This document shows positions 8,574 through 16,446 of a stretch of DNA of 16,446 nt, piece after piece. The notes under the pieces are model-generated. The model did no database searches. It was not told the DNA's origin and was given only the letters and a program-made list of their open reading frames with translations. The stretch is from a virus. Its lineage: Duplodnaviria > Heunggongvirae > Uroviricota > Caudoviricetes. The stretch lies in the IMG/VR virus record IMGVR_UViG_2737471859_000001; one strand, given 5' to 3'. Both the position numbers and the translations under genes were made by a program. The number at the start of each line of letters is the position of its first letter. The stretch's first letter is position 1.

Positions 8574-8870
8574 ATGAGTGAAATGGTATTTTGTCGCGGA
8601 TGCGGCAAGGAAATACATAAAGATGCCACATCCTGCCCCAATTGTGGAGCACCTCAAAGAACAGCAAGTTCAAAAAGCAGAATGACAGCCGCACTACTGG
8701 CTTTCTTTTTAGGTGGTCTTGGTGCACACAAATTTTATTTAGGTAAAGTGGGGCAAGGATTCCTTTACCTTATTTTTTGCTGGACATTCATTCCGGCAAT
8801 CGTGGCATTTATTGAGTTTTTTATCTATCTATGCACCTCTGATGAAGACTTTGCCCGCAAATATGGCTAA
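8574..8870 (+). CDS. Zinc-ribbon + TM2-domain small membrane protein
   Basis: 98-aa ORF: N-terminal CxxC-x15-CxxC (CRGCGK...CPNCG), then two hydrophobic helices around an HKFYLG motif (TM2 signature DRFYLG); AT-rich relative to neighbours; followed by a clean intrinsic terminator. Confidence 0.75.
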   Translation: MSEMVFCRGCGKEIHKDATSCPNCGAPQRTASSKSRMTAALLAFFLGGLGAHKFYLGKVGQGFLYLIFCWTFIPAIVAFIEFFIYLCTSDEDFARKYG

Positions 8871-8896
8871 TGCCTAGTGGGCGAATCAGAATGACA

Positions 8897-8930
8897 AACC
8901 CGCAGCGTAAAAACTGCGGGTTTTCTTTTT
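8897..8930 (+). terminator. Rho-independent terminator after the TM2 gene
   Basis: aacccgcag-(loop)-ctgcgggtt followed by ttttcttttt. Confidence 0.65.
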
Positions 8931-8980
8931 GTCACCCTCACAAATGAGGGTAACACCACTCATAAGTAATAGGCATAACA

Positions 8981-9018
8981 GATCGATGCAATAAATCCGA
9001 TCGATAAAAACGATCGAT
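8981..9018. repeat. Three direct GATCGAT motifs (each with a GATC Dam site and an ATCGAT palindrome) in the com-like promoter region
   Basis: GATCGAT at 8981-8987, 8999-9005 and 9012-9018; a TATCAT -10-like hexamer at 9023-9028. Confidence 0.8.
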
Positions 9019-9062
9019 TTGTTATCATATCAGCAGCAGTAACCACACAAGAGGTGCCGCAA

Positions 9063-9260
9063 ATGACGCAAAATGTACGATGCAAAAATTGCAACAAACT
9101 ACTTGCCCGCGCCTCATTTCACTACATTGAAATAAAATGTCCGCGCTGCAAAACACTTAACAAGATAACGAGAGCCATCGAGCACCCCACACACATGAGG
9201 AGTTATGACCGTGGGGATCGCAATCCAGCACCAACCAGCACATACACCGGAACACACTAA
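9063..9260 (+). CDS. com: Mu Com-like zinc-finger protein (putative translational activator)
   Basis: MTQNVRCKNCNKLL..IEIKCPRCK..EHPT closely matches Mu Com as remembered; gagg SD 8 nt upstream of ATG 9063 (the ORF track starts at an upstream GTG, 9054); 3' end overlaps the methyltransferase ORF. Confidence 0.8.
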   Translation: MTQNVRCKNCNKLLARASFHYIEIKCPRCKTLNKITRAIEHPTHMRSYDRGDRNPAPTSTYTGTH

Positions 9261-10011
9261 GGTTTATCAGACTGACAATGCCACGCTCTGTCGTGGGAAT
9301 GCGCTGGAAATATTGCCGCTGATTGAGCCAGAAAGCATTGATGCCTTAATCACTGACCCACCTTACAGTTCGGGGGCGACACACAAGGCCGGACGCACCA
9401 ACCAGGGCAGCCATGCAAAATATCTGAACGGCGAGAACCTTCACCGCTTTGATGGGTTCGCGGGTGAAAACATGGACGCCCGTTCGTGGGCTTACTGGAC
9501 ACAATTATGGATGGCACAGGCACACCGCGCAGTCAGGCCGGGCGGTTATGCCCTGGTATTTACTGACTGGCGACAACTACCAGCTTTAACCGATGCGTTT
9601 CAGGCCAGTGGCTTTACATGGCGCGGCATCATTGCGTGGAACAAGGGGAGGGGGTCACGAACACCACATACCGGGTATTTCCGGCATCAGTGCGAATACA
9701 TTGTCTGGGGCAGCAAAGGCCATTTAGATAAATCGCCTTCGGGGCCGTTCGACGGCTGCATGACGTTCCCGGTTATCCCGTCAAAGAAAATGCACCCGAC
9801 CGGAAAACCAGAAGAACTAATGGCAGAGCTGGTCAGAACTGCGAATAGTGGCGGAACAGTCCTTGATCCTTTTATGGGGTCAGGAACAACGGGTGTGGCT
9901 GCACTGAAAGCAGGGCGAAAATTTATTGGTATAGAAACCAGTGATCATTATTTTGAGGTAGCAGCGCAGCGGCTTCGGGGGACTATTACCACAACCATTT
10001 CGACTACATAA
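9205..10011 (+). CDS. DNA methyltransferase, N6-adenine/N4-cytosine beta-class (DPPY ... FxGSGTT order); probably N6-adenine
   Basis: ITDPPYSSG (motif IV) precedes DPFMGSGTTGVAALKAGRKFIGIE (motif I), as in CcrM/PvuII-type enzymes. Start codon uncertain: ATG 9205 has a short SD spacing and overlaps com by 56 nt. No restriction endonuclease gene nearby. Confidence 0.85.
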   Translation: MTVGIAIQHQPAHTPEHTKVYQTDNATLCRGNALEILPLIEPESIDALITDPPYSSGATHKAGRTNQGSHAKYLNGENLHRFDGFAGENMDARSWAYWTQLWMAQAHRAVRPGGYALVFTDWRQLPALTDAFQASGFTWRGIIAWNKGRGSRTPHTGYFRHQCEYIVWGSKGHLDKSPSGPFDGCMTFPVIPSKKMHPTGKPEELMAELVRTANSGGTVLDPFMGSGTTGVAALKAGRKFIGIETSDHYFEVAAQRLRGTITTTISTT

Positions 10012-10113
10012 GACAAAGCCCGCATTTTTTGCGGGCTTGTCTATCCTTACTGATGTGGACAGTTTGTGGATGTTTATAAGAAATAAGCTAATAGAAACAA
10101 TCTGTTATCTTTA

Positions 10114-10137
10114 CAAAAAACGCGCCCGAAGGCGCGT
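10114..10137 (-). terminator. raiA rho-independent terminator
   Basis: Minus-strand hairpin acgcgcc-ttcg-ggcgcgt followed by TTTTTT, 25 nt downstream of the raiA stop. Confidence 0.7.
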
Positions 10138-10161
10138 TGGCGATACACTCAATATAAAGGA

Positions 10162-10557
<396 letters not shown>

Positions 10558-10726
10558 TCAAAATGTGTGATGGGAATCTCATAATTTTGTCACTTTTTGT
10601 CAACGAATCTTTTTTGTGAGAAATCGCAGGAAGAGGTGTTTTTTTACTTGAGGAATATCTCAAAGCGAGCCATATTTGATGAGATCGATAGTGACTAAAT
10701 CGCTTCAGTTTCACAACTAACAGAAT

Positions 10727-10757
10727 AAAAAAACGGCAGCTCAAGGGCTGCCGTTTT
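10727..10757 (-). terminator. bamD rho-independent terminator (bidirectional hairpin)
   Basis: cggcagc-tcaagg-gctgccg flanked by an A-tract and a T-tract, just downstream of the bamD stop. Confidence 0.7.
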
Positions 10758-10773
10758 GTATTTCAGGTTTCTG

Positions 10774-11511
10774 TTATGTATTGCTGCTGTTTGCGGCGAT
10801 GATTTTCGCTACTTTTTCAGCTTGCGCATTCATCTGCATCTGACGGTATGCATTTTCCATCAGCGGCAGCGCATCACGCGTAGCCTGGGTATCCGGGTAG
10901 TCGCGCAACATTCCTTCTACGCGGTTAACGACGGCAACCCATGCGCCACGTTCTGTATAGTACTCGGCCACGGAGTATTCATATTTCGCCAGACGATCTT
11001 TCAGGAATACCAGACGTTTGGTGGCATCGGTGGTGTACTGACTGTTCGGATAGCCTCGCACCAGTTTGGAAAAGTCACTAAACGCAGCTCGTGCATGTTG
11101 AGGATCGCGATCGCTACGGTCAACGCCAAAGAACCCTTGCAGCGCACTGTCATCCAGCGCCATATTGGTCAGGCCACGCATGTACATGACATAATCGATA
11201 TTCGGATGGGTCGGGTTAAGGCGAATAAAACGATCGATGGCAGCCTGCGCTAACGGCAAATCGGCGTTTTTATAGTAGGCGTAGATGAGATCCAGCTGCA
11301 CCTGCTGCGAATACGGACCAAACGGATAGCGATTATCTAACGCTTCCAGTTGCGTTATTGCCTGTCTCCAGTTACCGTCCTGCAGCTTTTGTTGTGCAGT
11401 CGCGTAAATTTCATTTGGCGGATTATCAGGTACTTCTTCCTTTGACCCCGAGCAACCCGCCAAAAACAGGCTTAGTGTGGCGGCTGCCACCAGATATTTC
11501 ATGCGCGTCAT
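10774..11511 (-). CDS. bamD: Outer membrane protein assembly factor BamD (lipoprotein)
   Basis: 245-aa ORF with lipobox LAGC and TPR-like sequence matching E. coli BamD/YfiO. Confidence 0.95.
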
Positions 11512-11645
11512 GACGTTTTGACTTTCCTCAAAATGTAATACGGGAGATTCTCTGTTCCTGCTCCCGGTTAAGACCAGCTACAATAGCACACTATATTAAA
11601 CGGCAAAGCCGTAAAACCCCAACGATAAACGAAGAAGCAGTATAT

Positions 11646-12626
11646 ATGGCACAACGAGTACAGCTCACTGCAACGGTGTCCGAAAACCAACTCGGTCAAC
11701 GCTTAGATCAGGCTTTGGCCGAAATGTTCCCGGATTATTCACGTTCGCGAATAAAAGAATGGATCCTCGACCAGCGCGTGCTGGTAAACGGCAAAGTTTG
11801 TGATAAGCCGAAAGAAAAAGTATTGGGTGGCGAGCAGGTTGCCATCAACGCTGAGATTGAAGAAGAAGCGCGTTTTGAACCGCAGGATATCCCGCTGGAT
11901 ATCGTCTATGAAGATGAAGATATCATCGTCATTAATAAACCTCGCGATCTGGTGGTACATCCTGGCGCGGGTAACCCGGATGGCACGGTACTGAATGCGT
12001 TACTTCATTACTATCCACCCATTGCCGATGTACCGCGTGCGGGCATCGTCCATCGTCTGGATAAAGACACCACTGGCCTGATGGTTGTGGCAAAAACCGT
12101 TCCGGCTCAGACGCGTTTAGTCGAATCTTTGCAACGGCGTGAAATTACTCGTGAGTATGAAGCGGTGGCGATTGGTCATATGACCGCAGGTGGCACGGTG
12201 GACGAGCCAATCAGTCGCCACCCGACCAAACGTACCCATATGGCGGTGCATCCGATGGGCAAACCAGCGGTGACTCACTATCGCATCATGGAACACTTCC
12301 GTGTGCACACGCGTCTGCGGTTGCGTCTGGAAACTGGACGTACGCACCAGATCCGCGTGCATATGGCCCATATCACTCATCCGCTGGTGGGCGATCCGGT
12401 TTATGGTGGCCGTCCGCGTCCGCCAAAAGGTGCTTCGGAAGCATTTATCTCCACGCTGCGTAAGTTTGACCGCCAGGCGCTACATGCAACCATGCTGCGT
12501 CTTTATCACCCGATCTCCGGCATCGAAATGGAATGGCATGCGCCTATTCCACAAGATATGGTGGAGCTGATTGAGGTGATGCGCGCCGATTTCGAAGAAC
12601 ATAAGGATGAAGTGGACTGGTTATGA
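11646..12626 (+). CDS. rluD: 23S rRNA pseudouridine synthase RluD
   Basis: 326-aa ORF with S4 domain and HRLDKDTTG catalytic motif; matches E. coli RluD. Confidence 0.95.
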   Translation: MAQRVQLTATVSENQLGQRLDQALAEMFPDYSRSRIKEWILDQRVLVNGKVCDKPKEKVLGGEQVAINAEIEEEARFEPQDIPLDIVYEDEDIIVINKPRDLVVHPGAGNPDGTVLNALLHYYPPIADVPRAGIVHRLDKDTTGLMVVAKTVPAQTRLVESLQRREITREYEAVAIGHMTAGGTVDEPISRHPTKRTHMAVHPMGKPAVTHYRIMEHFRVHTRLRLRLETGRTHQIRVHMAHITHPLVGDPVYGGRPRPPKGASEAFISTLRKFDRQALHATMLRLYHPISGIEMEWHAPIPQDMVELIEVMRADFEEHKDEVDWL

Positions 12627-13354
12627 GTAAGCTGATTGTCCCGCAGTGGCCGCAGCCAAAAGGTGTTGCGGCCTGTAGCTCTACTCGTATCGGCGGCGTG
12701 AGCTTGCCCCCGTATGACTCGCTCAACCTCGGTGCTCATTGTGGCGATAACCCGATTCACGTTGAGGAGAATCGCAAGCGACTTTTTGCTGCGGGCAATT
12801 TGCCTTCTAAACCGGTCTGGCTTGAGCAGGTACACGGCAAAGATGTGCTTAAGCTTACTGGCGAACCTTATGCCTCAAAACGAGCAGATGCCTCTTATAG
12901 CAATACGCCTGGCACGGTTTGCGCAGTGATGACTGCCGACTGCCTCCCTGTGCTGTTTTGCAATCGAGCGGGAACGGAAGTCGCCGCCGCTCATGCTGGC
13001 TGGCGTGGACTGTGCGCAGGCGTGCTGGAAGAGACAGTTTCCTGTTTTGCTGATAATCCGGAAAATATTCTCGCCTGGTTAGGGCCGGCAATTGGTCCAC
13101 GCGCGTTCGAAGTGGGGGTGGAGGTTCGCGAGGCGTTTATGGCAGTAGACGCTAAAGCAAGTGCAGCTTTCATTCAGCATGGTGATAAGTATCTGGCGGA
13201 TATTTATCAGCTTGCCCGGCAGCGTCTGGCGAACGTGGGTGTTGAGCAAATTTTCGGCGGCGACCGTTGTACATATACGGAAAATGAGACTTTCTTCTCT
13301 TATCGTCGCGACAAGACCACCGGTCGTATGGCAAGTTTCATTTGGCTGATATAA
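12623..13354 (+). CDS. yfiH: YfiH/PgeF family protein (DUF152, polyphenol-oxidase-like / peptidoglycan editing factor)
   Basis: 243-aa ORF; start overlaps the rluD stop (ATGA); conserved rluD-yfiH-clpB synteny. Confidence 0.92.
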   Translation: MSKLIVPQWPQPKGVAACSSTRIGGVSLPPYDSLNLGAHCGDNPIHVEENRKRLFAAGNLPSKPVWLEQVHGKDVLKLTGEPYASKRADASYSNTPGTVCAVMTADCLPVLFCNRAGTEVAAAHAGWRGLCAGVLEETVSCFADNPENILAWLGPAIGPRAFEVGVEVREAFMAVDAKASAAFIQHGDKYLADIYQLARQRLANVGVEQIFGGDRCTYTENETFFSYRRDKTTGRMASFIWLI

Positions 13355-13416
13355 CCTAAAGAATCAAGACGATCCGGTACGCGTGATTTTCTTTTCACAT
13401 TAATCTGGTCAATAAC

Positions 13417-13445
13417 CTTGAATAATTGAGGGATGACCTCATTTA
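13417..13445 (+). promoter_or_regulatory. sigma-32 heat-shock promoter of clpB
   Basis: CTTGAA (13417-13422), 14-nt spacer, CCTCATTTA (13437-13445); matches the sigma-32 consensus CTTGAAA / CCCCATNT. Confidence 0.6.
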
Positions 13446-13483
13446 ATCTCCAGTAGCAACTTTGATCCGTTATGGGAGGAGTT

Positions 13484-16057
13484 ATGCGTCTGGATCGTCT
13501 TACTAATAAATTCCAGCTTGCTCTTGCCGATGCCCAATCACTTGCACTCGGGCACGACAACCAATTCATCGAACCACTTCATTTAATGAGCGCCCTGCTG
13601 AATCAGGAAGGGGGTTCGGTTAGTCCTTTATTAACATCCGCTGGCATAAATGCTGGCCAGTTGCGCACAGATATCAATCAGGCATTAAATCGTTTACCGC
13701 AGGTTGAAGGTACTGGTGGTGATGTCCAGCCATCACAGGATCTGGTGCGCGTTCTTAATCTTTGCGACAAGCTGGCGCAAAAACGTGGTGATAACTTTAT
13801 CTCGTCAGAACTGTTCGTTCTGGCGGCACTTGAGTCTCGCGGCACGCTGGCCGACATCCTGAAAGCAGCAGGGGCGACCACCGCCAACATTACTCAAGCG
13901 ATTGAACAAATGCGTGGAGGTGAAAGCGTGAACGATCAAGGTGCTGAAGACCAACGTCAGGCTTTGAAAAAATATACCATCGACCTTACCGAACGAGCCG
14001 AACAGGGCAAACTCGATCCGGTGATTGGTCGTGATGAAGAAATTCGCCGTACCATTCAGGTGCTGCAACGTCGTACTAAAAATAACCCGGTACTGATTGG
14101 TGAACCCGGCGTCGGTAAAACTGCCATCGTTGAAGGTCTGGCGCAGCGTATTATCAACGGCGAAGTGCCGGAAGGGTTGAAAGGCCGCCGGGTACTGGCG
14201 CTGGATATGGGCGCGCTGGTGGCTGGGGCGAAATATCGCGGTGAGTTTGAAGAACGTTTAAAAGGCGTGCTTAACGATCTTGCCAAACAGGAAGGCAACG
14301 TCATCCTGTTTATCGACGAATTACATACCATGGTCGGCGCGGGTAAAGCTGATGGTGCAATGGACGCCGGAAACATGCTGAAACCGGCGCTGGCGCGTGG
14401 TGAATTGCACTGTGTAGGTGCCACGACGCTTGACGAATATCGCCAGTACATCGAAAAAGATGCTGCGCTGGAACGTCGTTTCCAGAAAGTGTTTGTTGCC
14501 GAGCCTTCTGTTGAAGATACCATTGCGATTCTGCGTGGCCTGAAAGAACGTTACGAATTGCACCACCATGTGCAAATTACTGACCCGGCAATTGTTGCAG
14601 CGGCGACGTTGTCTCATCGCTACATTGCTGACCGTCAGCTGCCGGATAAAGCCATCGACCTGATCGATGAAGCAGCATCCAGCATTCGTATGCAGATTGA
14701 CTCAAAACCAGAAGAACTCGACCGACTCGATCGCCGTATCATCCAGCTCAAACTGGAACAACAGGCGTTAATGAAAGAGTCTGATGAAGCCAGTAAAAAA
14801 CGCCTGGATATGCTCAACGAAGAACTGAGCGACAAAGAACGTCAGTACTCCGAGTTAGAAGAAGAGTGGAAAGCAGAGAAGGCATCGCTTTCTGGTACGC
14901 AGACCATTAAAGCGGAACTGGAACAGGCGAAAATCGCTATTGAACAGGCTCGCCGTGTGGGGGACCTGGCGCGGATGTCTGAACTGCAATACGGCAAAAT
15001 CCCGGAACTGGAAAAGCAACTGGAAGCCGCAACGCAGCTCGAAGGCAAAACTATGCGTCTGTTGCGTAATAAAGTGACCGACGCCGAAATTGCTGAAGTG
15101 CTGGCGCGTTGGACGGGGATTCCGGTTTCTCGCATGATGGAAAGCGAGCGCGAAAAACTGCTGCGTATGGAACAAGAACTGCACCATCGCGTCATTGGTC
15201 AGAACGAAGCGGTTGATGCGGTATCTAACGCTATTCGTCGTAGCCGTGCGGGGCTGGCGGATCCAAATCGCCCGATTGGTTCATTCCTGTTTCTCGGCCC
15301 AACTGGTGTGGGGAAAACAGAGCTTTGTAAGGCGCTAGCGAACTTTATGTTTGATAGCGACGAGGCGATGGTCCGTATCGATATGTCCGAGTTTATGGAG
15401 AAACACTCGGTGTCTCGTTTGGTTGGTGCGCCTCCGGGATATGTCGGTTATGAAGAAGGTGGCTACCTGACCGAAGCGGTGCGTCGTCGTCCGTATTCCG
15501 TCATCCTGCTGGATGAAGTGGAAAAAGCGCATCCGGATGTCTTCAATATTCTGTTGCAGGTACTGGATGATGGGCGTCTGACTGACGGGCAGGGGAGAAC
15601 GGTCGACTTCCGTAATACGGTTGTCATTATGACCTCTAACCTCGGTTCCGATCTGATTCAGGAACGCTTCGGTGAACTGGATTATGCGCACATGAAAGAG
15701 CTGGTGCTCGGTGTGGTTAGCCATAACTTCCGTCCGGAATTCATTAACCGTATCGATGAAGTGGTGGTCTTCCATCCGCTGGGTGAACAGCACATTGCGT
15801 CGATTGCGCAGATTCAGTTGAAACGTCTGTACAAACGTCTGGAAGAACGTGGTTATGAAATCCACATTTCTGACGAGGCGCTGAAACTGCTGAGCGAGAA
15901 CGGTTACGATCCGGTCTATGGTGCACGTCCTCTGAAACGTGCAATTCAGCAGCAGATTGAAAACCCGCTGGCACAGCAAATACTGTCTGGTGAATTGGTT
16001 CCGGGTAAAGTGATTCGCCTGGAAGTTAATGAAGACCGGATTGTCGCCGTCCAGTAA
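13484..16057 (+). CDS. clpB: AAA+ disaggregase ClpB (Hsp100)
   Basis: Starts [10 protein letters not shown] after a gggaggag SD (the ORF track's 13472 ATG lies inside the SD); two Walker A boxes ([16 protein letters not shown]); internal GTG at 13928-13930 is the known ClpB80 start. Confidence 0.97.
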
Positions 16058-16062
16058 ATGAT

Positions 16063-16089
16063 AAAACGAGCCCTTCGGGGCTCGTTTTT
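16063..16089 (+). terminator. clpB rho-independent terminator
   Basis: cgagccc-ttcg-gggctcg followed by ttttt. Confidence 0.8.
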
Positions 16090-16172
16090 GTCTATAAGTT
16101 AGACGGAAAAGACTATATTTAAGATGTTTTGCCTGAAAAATGAGCGAACGATAAAGTTTTTATCTTTTTCGC

Positions 16173-16208
16173 TTGTCAGGCCGGAATAACTCCCTATAAT
16201 GCGCCACC
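16173..16208 (+). promoter_or_regulatory. rRNA operon promoter P1 (upstream AT-rich UP/Fis region from ~16,095)
   Basis: TTGTCA (16173-16178), 16-bp spacer, TATAAT (16195-16200), then GC-rich discriminator gcgccacc; identical in form to rrn P1 as remembered. Confidence 0.85.
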
Positions 16209-16289
16209 ACTGACACGGAACAACGGCAAACACGCCGCCGGGTCAGCGGGGTTCTCCTGAGAATCTCAACAGAGAAAAGTAAAAAATGC

Positions 16290-16317
16290 TTGACTCTGTA
16301 GCGGGAAAGCGTATTAT
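16290..16317 (+). promoter_or_regulatory. rRNA operon promoter P2
   Basis: TTGACT (16290-16295), 16-bp spacer, TATTAT (16312-16317). Confidence 0.8.
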
Positions 16318-16330
16318 GCACACCCCGCGC

Positions 16331-16367
16331 CGCTGAGAAAAAGCGAAGCGGCACTGCTCTTTAACAA
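16331..16367 (+). promoter_or_regulatory. rrn leader antitermination elements (boxB hairpin and boxA)
   Basis: gccgctgagaaaaagcgaagcggc hairpin, then boxA-like tgctctttaacaa (16355-16367); the window ends in the leader before 16S starts. Confidence 0.7.
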
Positions 16368-16446
16368 TTTATCAGACAATCTGTGTGGGCACTCGAAGAT
16401 ACGGATTCTTAACGTCGCAAGACGAAAAATGAATACCAAGTCTCAA

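Larger units (their letters stand above)
1..10050. mobile_element. Prophage-derived region (one end of a mosaic Mu-like/P2-like prophage or remnant); left boundary lies outside the window, right boundary between ~10,046 and ~10,113
   Basis: Contiguous phage genes (invertase, tail sheath/tube/tape measure/U/D, ogr, com-like) abutting the raiA terminator; from memory K-12 has raiA directly next to pheL. Confidence 0.8.

Noticed and set aside
10017-10037. Intrinsic terminator after the methyltransferase
   Set aside because: The hairpin agcccgc-atttttt-gcgggct is present but has no U-tract following the stem on either strand, so it is reported only as a stem-loop.
10046-10113. Possible tRNA or tmRNA integration target at the prophage junction
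   Set aside because: Sequence is AT-rich without a recognisable tRNA arm or TpsiC-loop pattern; no tRNA call supported.
13678-15979. Multiple minus-strand ORFs (e.g. 14056-14523, 14842-15195, 15335-15979) inside clpB
   Set aside because: Antisense shadows of the 857-aa ClpB coding sequence.

Overview
Escherichia/Shigella-type chromosomal window. Positions ~1-10,050 are the end of a mosaic prophage or prophage remnant; ~10,110-16,446 are conserved core genes. Prophage part: a partial silent tail-fibre cassette, a gix/hix-like crossover site and a Gin/Pin/Cin-family serine invertase; a P2-type contractile-tail block (sheath FI, tube FII, chaperones E/E' with an A7 slip site, tape measure T, U) lying inverted relative to the adjacent P2-type D and ogr genes; then an accessory cargo stretch next to raiA. 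The cargo holds a Hok/Gef-family toxin-like ORF, an AT-rich zinc-ribbon/TM2 membrane protein, and a Mu Com-like zinc finger overlapping a DPPY DNA methyltransferase, preceded by three GATCGAT repeats. This cargo stretch is the best candidate for an uncharacterised anti-phage or anti-restriction module. Core part: raiA, bamD, rluD, yfiH(pgeF), clpB (sigma-32 promoter, internal GTG start), then rrn P1/P2 promoters and leader; no rRNA, tRNA or CRISPR lies inside the window. All calls come from reading the sequence and ORF translations against remembered protein families; no database search was run.
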